DNA of 64,000 nucleotides from Ruditapes philippinarum (lineage: Eukaryota), in contig NW_026866698.1 in assembly GCF_026571515.1 (NCBI RefSeq), positions 62,001 through 126,000 on the forward strand. The letters are read 5' to 3'. Both the position numbers and the translations under genes were made by a program. Shown here one piece after another: positions 11,465 to 22,373 of the stretch (positions are counted from its first letter, which is position 1; every line of letters begins with the position of its first letter). The notes below the pieces were generated by a model. That model did no database searches. It was not told where the DNA came from and saw only the letters and a program-made list of their open reading frames with translations.

Positions 11465-12847
11465 ATGATGAAGTACTATGCACGTGTTTTTGTGACTATT
11501 TATCTAATCCTTCTAACTGTGATATTACTATGGTGGAAACAGAGCAATGTGACAGTACAACTTGAAACATATGAGCAGCCCATAAAATTGTACAGACGGT
11601 ACAAAGCAGACGACAAAAGAGTCTTGAAACGTGACGTCATGTTGCTTCAAGAAGTTGCTATGGAAAAACAGGATTTCTTAAGGAACCGCCATCCGTACAT
11701 TTCATTCCTTATTGATGACCGTGTAAGACAGTGCGGTGGGCATTTTACCGGATATAAAAATCTGTTTGCAAAACTTGTTAATGTCTTAGTCGATCCTAGG
11801 TTTGCACGCGGGAAACATGGCGGCGAGAATATGTCGAAGGTCATGAATCAGGCCGAGGAAGAGGAATTTTACACGCTAGAGAAAGGTTTTTTTAATCTTC
11901 CCTGTACTCAACAAGTTAAATATGAGTTTGGAGTTGACAGTCATTTAAATAAATGGATTGAAACTATTGAATTAAGTACTGATTTCCCAAACCATTATGA
12001 GGCCCCTCAGTGGACCATCGCAGTGCAAAGGTATGAATATGTTAATATGTACCATACTATGACAGACTGGTACAATACATTTCTTGTTACAAAGGTATTT
12101 AAACTAGACCCTAAAAATGTAACCATTCTATGGATAGATGGCCATCCTGCAGGAGGGCTTGACGCCACATGGAGTACACTTTTTGGGGACATAAGACGAA
12201 TAGGAGAAATCCGAACACCAGTGTTGTTTCCTAATATGATTTGGGGCATTGTGGGATATGATAGTCCGCTTGATGAACATTATCTACCGGAAGTAGCATA
12301 TCTTGAAGAGTTTAGAAATTTCTTCCTGTCAAAACATAACATTGTACCCGAGGACTTTCCGAATTGTAATCAATTAAATATTTTGATAATCTGGAGAAGG
12401 GACTATGTCGCGCATCCAAGAAACCCAACCGGATCGGTTGTAAGAAAAATACAAAATGAGGACAAACTTTTAAAGAAAATCAAATCGTATTTCAACGGCC
12501 ATAATGTTAAAGGATTACAAATCGATAAACTTTCTATGCAAGATCAACTTGCAATTATATCAAAAACAGACATTTTAATAGGAATGCATGGCGCTGGACT
12601 GAGTCACACTTTATTTCTACCTCGTCACTCAGGGTTAATAGAACTCTTTCCTTTATATCATCCTGCAGAAAATATACATTTTAAGTCAATGGCGGAATGG
12701 AGACACATGCACTATATGTCGTGGAGTAATTTTAATGCAGAGAATGAACTTGACAATTATTTGACAGTTGTAAACGTTGATGAAATTGCCTTACTTGCCA
12801 TTGGAATGAAAAACAAAATTTGCAATGCTAACGAAAGTTTTAGGTGA
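11465..12847 (+). CDS. Glycosyltransferase family 61, type II Golgi membrane protein; beta-1,2-xylosyltransferase (plant XYLT)-like, 460 aa, intronless
   Basis: Single long ORF with the first ATG at 11465. It has a short basic tail and one TM helix (VFVTIYLILLTVILLWW). The GT61 C-terminal motif QLAIISKTDILIGMHGAGLSHTLF is present, along with XYLT-type motifs GGENMSKVMNQAEEEE, RYEYVNMYHTMTDWY, WIDGHP and RRDYVAHPR. Confidence 0.9.
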   Translation: MMKYYARVFVTIYLILLTVILLWWKQSNVTVQLETYEQPIKLYRRYKADDKRVLKRDVMLLQEVAMEKQDFLRNRHPYISFLIDDRVRQCGGHFTGYKNLFAKLVNVLVDPRFARGKHGGENMSKVMNQAEEEEFYTLEKGFFNLPCTQQVKYEFGVDSHLNKWIETIELSTDFPNHYEAPQWTIAVQRYEYVNMYHTMTDWYNTFLVTKVFKLDPKNVTILWIDGHPAGGLDATWSTLFGDIRRIGEIRTPVLFPNMIWGIVGYDSPLDEHYLPEVAYLEEFRNFFLSKHNIVPEDFPNCNQLNILIIWRRDYVAHPRNPTGSVVRKIQNEDKLLKKIKSYFNGHNVKGLQIDKLSMQDQLAIISKTDILIGMHGAGLSHTLFLPRHSGLIELFPLYHPAENIHFKSMAEWRHMHYMSWSNFNAENELDNYLTVVNVDEIALLAIGMKNKICNANESFR

Positions 12848-15118
12848 AAAATATATTTATTACTTTCCTTGCTTGTCTTGTCTTTTGTACATTTTGCATG
12901 ATATAATTTGATTGGCTAGACCTTAGAATCTGTCCGCAGCTATTTAAACATTATAATTTTACCCAATATTATTTTTTCAATATTTCTATTACTCTAAAAA
13001 ATCACACGGATTACTTCTAGGCGTAGGATTAGGGGTTAGAGTTAGAGTAATGGGTAATGTAAGGGTCAGAGGACAGATTCTAAAACTGCTCAAGTTTGAT
13101 TTTACCCATAGCCAGTTAAATATCTTCAGTCTTTCATCTTTCAGTCTAGATAAAACCATTACTCATTTTTAGAGAATTGTCACTAAATGTACTGACTGGA
13201 TATGGAATAGTGCATACCATAATCAGACTGTTGGCAGCACTGGTCATGTGGTTAGTAGTATCACTTGCCACCAGCAGGGTAAGGGTAAATGTTCGAATAA
13301 GCTTCTGTCTTCGATAGTACGTAATAAAAGAGTAACCGTTATATAGGGTTTGTCGTTATACAAGGTTTGTCAAGGATAATAAAGACGCTCATTTAACAAT
13401 GGTTGACATTAAACCCCTCTTGCGACAGGAAATAACACCATCATGTACGCGAAATATCGTTCTGTGTCCTGTTGCATATGCACTCAAATATTGTCGTTTT
13501 GCTGTCACTCGTTGTTGTTTCGTCTTGCCGCCCGCGGAAATTCCAAAATGTCAACATAGAACTACTATTATGTCGTAAACAGTATATAAAATAGCAACAT
13601 TCTCGTATGATACGAGGACGTATGTAATGGACGTATTCAACTGGTTCAAGGATGCAGCCGATTTGGCTGGTATTAATTAGTTAGTGTAGACCGAGGCAAA
13701 GTGAAACACTTTTTTGCTTTTATTGGTATTCTTTAAATATGATCGGCTCGGTTTTGAATATTTCTCTCTATTTCTCTAATATCTCTCTTTAACACAGATT
13801 GGTTTCTATTCTCCATTTCTGACTAAATACGTAAAATATTACAAAAACAAGTTGAGATTTTAGTTTAGAAAGTATAAGTGAACTGTTTTACTTTGCCCCG
13901 AGTACGTGGGCAAAGATAAACAGTTACTATAACCAAAACAAAATCTCTGAACGATAATTATATTCATTTTCTATTCAGAAATTTACATAAACAATTAGGA
14001 ATTTTGCGTTTATAGACATAGCGCTATATATTAATTATTTCGGATTCTAATACTTTTAAATCCTTTCGTACACGAGAGATTATTAATTGTGTGGCACTTA
14101 TTCAAATTTATTAATGTAAACAATCCTACACTTGAAACTTTGTTCTATATAAATAACATCTTGTATGTTATAAAAAAGTTTCACCAATGGTTTTAATATA
14201 CATATTGTAATATCAACAATTTACTATTAAAATGGTATGTTCAGAGTCGCGAATCTTTTTGATTGTCTTAAGCTTTCGAAAAGAGCCAACCATTGACATG
14301 TATTTTATAATATTGAATCAATTCTTCAACGGGGTTACTATCAACGCAATTTTAAGTGCCCGCTGTCATAGAACGATTCCCTATGTTTTTATGTTTTGTT
14401 GGGTTTTTTTTTGTTTTTTTTCGTTGTTGTTTTTTATTTTTGTTGTGTGTTTTTTTTCTTGTTGTTGTTGTTTTTTTAACGATGAGTTATTATGTCGGCG
14501 CAAATGTTTCGGTTTTCCTCAGTGATGCTGTTTTATTTACTCCATTACACCCTTTGTCACAAGTCATTGATAAAATATTAAATAACCCACTCATAAATTC
14601 ACATGTACGATTTGATCTTACGTGTATAATCTATATTTAATTGATTTCTGATAAGGGATATTTTTAGACACGCACTGCAACCCCTGCACACCGATGTGAC
14701 TTAGTATCGATCAAAAATTAAAATCATTTTTCATGAATCATGTGCTTACAGATCGTTAACTTTCGGTCCTTTAATTCCGACTTAAGTTCTATAAATCTTC
14801 AAGGATAGGCTATTCAAATAAATTAGCAACAATTTGAAAGAAGAAATGCCACAATGAATTGCATAAAATAAAGATAAAATGATGACGTACGTTGATTTTA
14901 TGGTATGCTATTGGTTCTAAAGACTAACTGAATAAATCTTTGGCTAAATATAGACTAATGTAAGTACATGTATACATAAAGGTAACGTATACAAACTAGT
15001 ATTCGCCAGATTCTTAAGTATGAGAACATAGGTAAATATATATACATCCGTATGTGTCTAACGATTTCGTTCACTTTTCCAAGCCTGATCGTATTAGCAT
15101 ATTTCCATTTCTGTTACT

Positions 15119-16176
15119 TTTTAACCAGGTTTTCAACGAAAACCGGGTTATTGTAAGGCGGGCGGGCGGGCGTCAACTTTGGTTTCCGCTCAATAACTTT
15201 AGTTTACTTTGGCCTATTGACACCAAACTTGGTGTGTAGGTAGCTTATATCAAGAGGCAGCATGGGATTGCTACCCAGGTGTCTGTGATCAAGGTCAAGG
15301 TCACTGTTACTAAAAATAGAAATTCAGTTTCCGCTCAATAACTTGAGTTTGCTTTGGCTCATTGACACTAAACTTGGTGTATGGATAGCTTATTTCAAGA
15401 GGCAGCTTGGGATTGCTACCCAGGTGTCTGTGATCAAGGTCAAGGTCACTGTTACTAAAAATAGAAATTCAGTTTCCGCTCAATAACTTGAGTTTGCTTT
15501 GGCCTATTGACACCAAACTTGGTGTATGGATAGGTTATATCAAGAGGCAGCTTAGGATTGCTACCCAGGTGACTGTGATCAAGGTCAAGGTCACTGTTAC
15601 TAAAAATAGAAATTCAGTTTCCGCTCAATAACTTGAGTTTGCTTTGGCTTATTGACACTAAACTTGGTATGGATAGGTTATATCAAGAGGCAGCTTGGAA
15701 TTGCTACCCAGGTGTCTGTGATCAAGGTCAAGGTCACTGTTACTAAAAATAGAAATTCAGTTTCTGCTCAATAACTTGAGTTTGCTTTGGCCTATTGACA
15801 CCAAACTTGGTGTATGGATAGGTTATATCAAGAGGCAGCTTGGGATTGCTACCCAGGTGTCTGTGATCTAGGTCAAGGTCACTGTTATTAAAATAGAAAT
15901 TTAGTTTCCGCTCAACAGGTGTCTGTGATCAAGGTTAATGTATTTAGTTTTCATGTTATAACTTGAGTTTGCTTTGACCTTTTGACACCAAACTTGCTGA
16001 GTGGCAGCTTTGGATTGCCACTTAGATATCTGGGAGCAAGGTCAAGGTAATTTGCTTACAATAGAATTTTCAGCTTCTACTCAATAACTTCAGTGCACTT
16101 TGACCTATTGATTGCTGTCACATCAAAACTTGGTCATTGAAAACCTGGTTTTCGTCGCTTTGCGGCGCTTCTTGTT
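15119..16176 (+). mobile_element. Complete-looking Helentron/HINE (DINE-1-like) non-autonomous element with a 145-bp internal tandem array
   Basis: The 5' subterminal repeat AACCAGGTTTTC is followed by a local hairpin and (GGCG)4. The 145-bp units start at 15183, 15328, 15473, 15618, 15761 and 15905, followed by degenerate ones. The 3' GAAAACCTGGTT (reverse complement of the 5' repeat) precedes the short stem-loop GTCGCTTTGCGGC and CTTGTT. The insertion site is T-rich. Confidence 0.85.
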
Positions 16177-17044
16177 TATTGTTTAATTTGAAGTCTATAA
16201 ATAACATATAATACAGATATTGTGTGTTTTAAGCTAAATTTCACTTATTTTATTAGTTATCTATTTAAATTTGACATTCCTAAACGATTTATTCATATCA
16301 AATTTACGCACATATATATCTTGATAGTGAAAAAGTCATACGACTGACACCATAAATTATATCAAAATATCATAAGATCGGTTTTGATAACATGTATTCG
16401 TATATAGTTAATATAATACAAATGTATATCAAAGTTGATTGATTATAATTACACAACTATAGTGTGGTTATTTTTGCAAAGCGGAGATTTTGATATTTTG
16501 GAAACATTTTGAAAGCTAGAATCAGATAATAAAGGTGAGTTGAAACATTTTTTTTCATTTTAACGTTTTATCATAAACTTTAGGGTAGTGTTTTTCTATC
16601 CATTTCAAAAATAACTCCTGTTTTCCTGTACATTTCTTGATCTTCCGACATCATTGATTCGACACCACACCGTTCAATCTGAAACGGGGAAAGAAATGAA
16701 AGTTTGGTGAAATCAAGTTAACACTTTCAATGTCCAGCTGAATATGTCATTCGTCGATTTCTAATTTAAGTCATACTAGAGGTATCAGAAGTTCACCATA
16801 ATGCACAGTCTTTTGTATGTCGCGGACTTTAATCGAGCCAGTATTTTGATGTGTTTCAACCTTAAGTTTTATAATATATGTATACCTTTGGTTGAAGGGT
16901 TGGTATGACAACTATTGAAATATTCAAATCTTCAAATCTAGGATTAATAGTGGTACCTAGTGTAGTTTATTTATAAACAATTGTGTTCCACATTTTTGTT
17001 TTTTGTTGTTGTTTTTTCAGGTTCAGAAAAATCAAAGTGTAATT

Positions 17045-20000
17045 ATGTCAGGGGATGATGATTTTCAAGACAGTTTTAGGTCAGACCAACCTGGACATGT
17101 CCAATGTGACTATGACACTGTTAGCATACCCGGGTCCATTTTGGAGCAGAAAGTTAGAATACACGACCGTAGATCAATCGACACGCCAGTAGGCGGATCT
17201 TATTATGAATCCTCGCTGCCAAACTTAGCTGAGTCTGTGAATTCAAACAGCGTTTATTTGGTGAAATACGAACCTTCTTTTTCTGCCCGTAAATGGTTGG
17301 TTGGACCGTACTGTTTCTTATATATGGCAGCGTATATTACTTCATATTTTACATTTATACAATACGTGTACGCAAAGATACAAAAAGATTTGTTTCCCGA
17401 CGTAACGTCTTTCAATGTCTCAGGAACTTGTAATTCCAATTTAAGCTCAGAGGATTATAAAAAGCAGACTTTGGTTCAACAACATGCCGCAAATTGGACC
17501 ATGTATTATAGTTTAGCAGCTGGTATTCCAGCAATTTTATCAAACATTATTCTTGGATCATCAACTGACAAGTACGGCAGAAAGTTTTTGTTCTTCTTGC
17601 CATGTATCGGAACATTTCTTAAAACGGTATTATATGTTCTTGGAATTCATCTGAACTTGGATTTAAAATTCTATTTAATTGGTTATTTCATAGAGGGGCT
17701 TACTGGTCAAATGTTTACAATGTTACTTGTAAGTTTTACGTATGTTGCGGATATTACTGCTACAAATGGGAAAAATAGGTCATTTGGAATAACTTTGATA
17801 GAATTATCATTAGGAATAGCAGTTGCCCTGTTCAGCTTTACAACTGGATACTTCATTCAAGCATACGGTTTCTTTTATCCAATGTTATCTTCAGGCGTCA
17901 TGACAACCGGAAGTTTAATTACAGTTATATTTATTCCTGAAACCTTTCCCAAAGAAAAAAGAAACCCAAACGAATCGATTCTAATCAAACTGAAAACTGC
18001 GTACGATTTATTTTTCGGATCTTTTAATCGAGGACGTCGCTGGATGTATAACATTTTGATGGTAACGTTCACTTTAACCATGTTTACAGTGTTCGGGCGG
18101 AGCAGCGTCGAACCCTTGTATCAGTTAGGCACGCCATTCTGTTGGAGCCCAGAGAAGTTAGGCTATTATGGTGGCCTTAAAAGTCTCTTGCAACAAATGA
18201 TTGGTATGGGAATGGTAAAATTGATGCAGTGGATAATGTCTGATGAAGCCATAGCAATGTTCGGATGTCTGTCTTTTTCTGCAGCATATGTTATGGAAGG
18301 CTTTGCCCGAACAGACATTATAATGTATCTAGGTAAACAAGTTCAATGTTCTCGTATACATTTATAGAATTATTTTTTTTTATATAAATAAGTGACCTAC
18401 TCGTTATTGGTAGATGGCAATGATAAAAACCCAACTGTTTCAACACCTAGATAGGACCTTTTCTTTCTGTTGACCATTTACCTTCCGGAGTCAAAAATGT
18501 TTTCCATGTTTAGCAAGTGCGGTATGACCTGGCTTTGCTCAAATTTGTATTGTATTATAATTAATATCCATTTAAATATGAATGGAATTTCCAAAATGTC
18601 ATTTTAAGATGAATGAAACTGGAAAAATAGTCATCAAGTTAGGTGTTCATAACTTTTTCTTTAATCATTTTTTATTTTCTATGAAATTTACAGATGTAAT
18701 TCTAGACATGACTGTCTTCTCTATACATATATAGAACATTCTGTACATTGAATTATTGTAATTCCTCTTTCGTTGGTACATTTGCTACATCAATATTTGG
18801 GTTTTCTTTTTTTATTTTACAAAGTCTTGTTTATCGATTCAGTTCCAGTGGTCGGTGCATGGGGGCTTCTGACCATTCCAATGTGCAGATCCATCATGTC
18901 CGGATTAACCAGATCTGACCAACAAGGTATTACTTGAAGCAGTTCACATTACTTTTACAGTCTTTTAATACATCCAGTATATGGCAAGTGCACGATTTTT
19001 TGTAGATAAAGCAAAACAGTTTCCTCAAGCGGTCAAGATCTTATCACTCGGTAGTCTTTTCACGGTGCCTATACCATGTTATATTTTGTCATCTGCGTGA
19101 GGAAGAACACGAATACTAATGCAGGTTTCATATACTGTCATAACATTTTCAATATTTTATGGGATAAAGTGTAGGGCGAGTAAACCATACAAAGAATGTT
19201 CCTGCAAAAATAAATATTTATTTTCATAAAATGAAAGCGCGTGTGAATATTTGATTGATCAAACACGCGTTTGAACTTTCTATTGCATTGTTTTGTTGTT
19301 TATCATTATTATTTGGCCCGCGCGGATCATAAAATGTCATGTGGTAAAGGGCACCGTGTTTTCATTGCATTAAGTTTGGCTATAATCCGAAACTTAACAG
19401 AAATAGAAATAAATCTAGTATGATAATATACATGCATGATTATCTAGTATGATAATATACTAACATAATTATACCCAAGATCTGCCAAGAAAGAATAATG
19501 AATTCGAATTTTTTTATATTTCATTTCTGTTTTGTTTTTAATATCTTTGATATGATAGGTATATATGGATTGTAACAGAATCTGAACAATTTTAAAAATC
19601 TCTAATACATTGTATTTTTATTCATTTTTTTTTCTTCACTTTTTGTTATTTTTTATTATTTTTCACCAGGAGCTATATTTGCTGCTATTGCTGCCATGGA
19701 GACGGCGATCAATCTGGGTGGTTCCGTGGCAGCCAATGAGATTTACTCACATACTGTCGGCTTTTACAGAGGCTTTGTGTTCTTCATTTTCGCAGGCTGC
19801 TGCGGCATAGGCTTCTTTCTAATATGGTAAATATTGGATTCTTACTTAGACTTTTGAAATATTGTTTGACCCTCTGCTTGTAATTATTTTGGAACGTGGG
19901 CTCAATTTTAACTTAAATATATATGTTCATTGGTTATTGCGAACAAACATAGAGTTTTATCAATTTTGCAAATTTGTATACCTACCAGAGAAACTAACTT

Positions 20001-20272
20001 TTTCAACAAAAATAAATAAATAAATAAATAATAAATAAATAAATAAAATTTCAAAAAAATTAAAAGTTATACTAATAAATATGTTTAAAAAAAGTCAAAA
20101 TGTATTTTAAATGAAAACAAATACACAAAACAAGTAATAATAAAATTTATCAGTTAAAAGATTTATATAGGGACACAATATTTATAATTGTGACGTCTTT
20201 TTCTCACCTTTTTTCAGGATTTACAGAATAGGAACAAGGAGGTCAAAACCACTCTTCCTGGAAATAAATTGA
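17045..20272 (+). CDS. SLC46 family (PCFT/SLC46A3-like) major facilitator superfamily transporter, 4 coding exons, ~527 aa
   Basis: Exons 17045-18332, 18843-18926, 19670-19826 and 20218-20272 are GT-AG and total 1584 nt in frame. It has multiple TM helices, MFS motif A GSSTDKYGRK, and SYVADIT-like FTYVADIT. PFCWSPEKLGYY and RSIMSGLTRSDQQGAIFA are typical of SLC46. An acceptor at 17020 and a donor near 16534 suggest an upstream 5' UTR exon. Confidence 0.9.
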
Positions 20273-21371
20273 ACATTTCACGACTTAATGTATTTTGTCT
20301 TAAAAAGGACAAATATGTACAAATTATTCCTTGTTTGACCGAGATGGTCGTAAGCAGACGGTTAGGTAGATCACCCCTTAATGAAATCGTAAAAGTTCGT
20401 TTGATGACGATTATTATGTTCCGTAATTATGTAAAGGTAGTTTCAAAAAGTTTCTACCAATTTCTCCACATAATTAAATTGAAACAACATTGGATTACGG
20501 ACTATTGCAATAGTTATAATAATGTCAAAGTTATTATATACTAAATTTTCTTGGAATAAAATGTGCCTTACTCAGTGCTCAAACTCGCAAATACGAGGTC
20601 AGTGGACTTAGCGCTCTACTTATTGATGGTTATCAGATGGGTTGTTTTGCATTAATTGATAAATCTGATAAACCGTTGAACGGTTTTTATACGTATAAAT
20701 ATGTTCATATTTTCAGGTAAAAATGAAATGTTACATGGAATACATAGTGTATATTCAATAGCCTCTACTAACATTGTACTAATTAATATCCATATTTATT
20801 CGTGTTAACATGAAATGTGTGTAATAAAGGAAATTTGACTTGATTTGATTGCCCCCTTGAACTAGTGAGTTCTTATCCTGGCACAAGAAACTTCAATACC
20901 TCTGTACCAGAAATGATAAAGAATTAACTGAAAACTTCAAATATGCAGGTGTTAAATGAAACATGTGATAATTATGTTAAGCGCTAACATTTTGATTGTG
21001 TTGGAAGCTATAAGCTTTCTCGAATCCGTTCCATGGAACCAGTCAGTACAGCAATGAGGATAAATATTATTATCATATTTAAACATAAAAAGTCATGCAT
21101 GTACGTATAACCAAGCCCATTTTCATGTTATTTACGTGGTGATTTTTCAAAACAAAATTAAAAAAAAAACAAAAAACAAAAAACATATAAATCTATTACA
21201 AAAAAAAATAGAAAAAAGAGGAAATAACCAAAAGCTTGTTATTCCAAATGTGAGTTAAAGTTGTTTCCCTTCAAACATTGAATCAGACTTTGACATGGCA
21301 TGCATTGACTTTATATAATTCTTTTAATTTCAGTGAACATATTGTTTCGTATAATAATTAATGTTGCAGTT

Positions 21372-21635
21372 GCGTCCTAGGTCGAGTGGTTAAGGTAGTT
21401 GACTTCAAACCACTTGCCCCACACCGCTATGGGTTCGCATCCCGACAGGGACTTTGGATTCTTTCATGTAAGAATGTTATCCAGCTTGCTTACGGAACGT
21501 CAGTTGTACTACTCAGGTCCACGTTCGTGCCTGAAATAATGTACTGAAGGGCGCCTGTGGTTTTCCTCCGACAGTAAAGCTGGATTGTCGCTATGTGAGT
21601 TGTGATCTCTTCTTGCAACGTAAATTCCAACAAAA
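21372..21635 (+). mobile_element. Near full-length tRNA-derived Meta/MESC-type SINE
   Basis: tRNA-like head with A box (TAGGTCGAGTGG) and B box (GGTTCGCATCCC), Meta-like core ATCCAGCTTGCTTACGGAACGTC...GTGCCTGAAATAATG, and an A-rich tail. Confidence 0.8.
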
Positions 21636-22373
21636 AATAATGTTGCATGTATTAGTTTCACTACCGACATGACGGGGTCCAGTCCACCAATAAAATTGTT
21701 CTGTCTTGTGGAGTGACATACCTATATTTTATATATTTCGCTTTTTTCATATCAGCTTTTAACAGGAAAAATAAAACAAGAAGAAAAGACATACTTATTA
21801 ACAAGACATTTATTATAGCACCAAATTGATATAAATTTATATAAATAGCAAACAGAAAGAAATGTGAATGTGCAATGACATTGGATATGCTTTGTTTTTT
21901 GTAAATGTTTGTACATTTTTAAACTTGTTCGGTTTTTAAGTTACATCGATATCGGCACTTGAAAGGTTAATATTTAAAATGGAATATAAATGAAATAAAT
22001 AGAATGATTCATTACAACATAAAGACACAGGATAATTCACAGAAGTGTTAATTCTTGCACTGTTTACTGAAACAAAACTAACTTTTTGAATACACAGAAC
22101 ATACATATGTGCTTTTATGCTTTCTAAAAACCATCCCTGAATGTCTTTAAAGTTACAGAATAGATAAGAAGTAAACATTTAAGTTGATTACACTCATTAT
22201 ATCGTAAGGTCCGTTTTGTTTTCCTTGCAACTTGTACAATTTTCTAGCGGAGAACAACTATTTTATCTCTGAACACGTGACTATTTTAATGAAATAAATA
22301 AATAAATAGATATTCCTGAAAGTACATCTTTAAATTCAGTGGCAGTTTCGTCTTTTCTCTGTTAGAATAGCTG

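Noticed and set aside
14232-14640. Hydrophobic Phe/Val/Cys-rich ORFs (also 37436-37720)
   Set aside because: They derive from low-complexity T-rich or A-rich tracts.
15183-15960. Regularly spaced repeats resembling a CRISPR array
   Set aside because: Whole 145-bp units repeat with no unique spacers, there are no cas genes, and the context is eukaryotic.
43-20272. Folate theme linking IBA57 (folate-binding-like fold) and the PCFT-like transporter
   Set aside because: There is no evidence of co-regulation. IBA57 function is thought not to depend on folate, and the transporter substrate is unknown.
21372-21450. tRNA-like sequence with A and B boxes
   Set aside because: It runs directly into the SINE core, has several diverged copies in the window and lacks a clean cloverleaf. 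It is a SINE head, not a tRNA gene.
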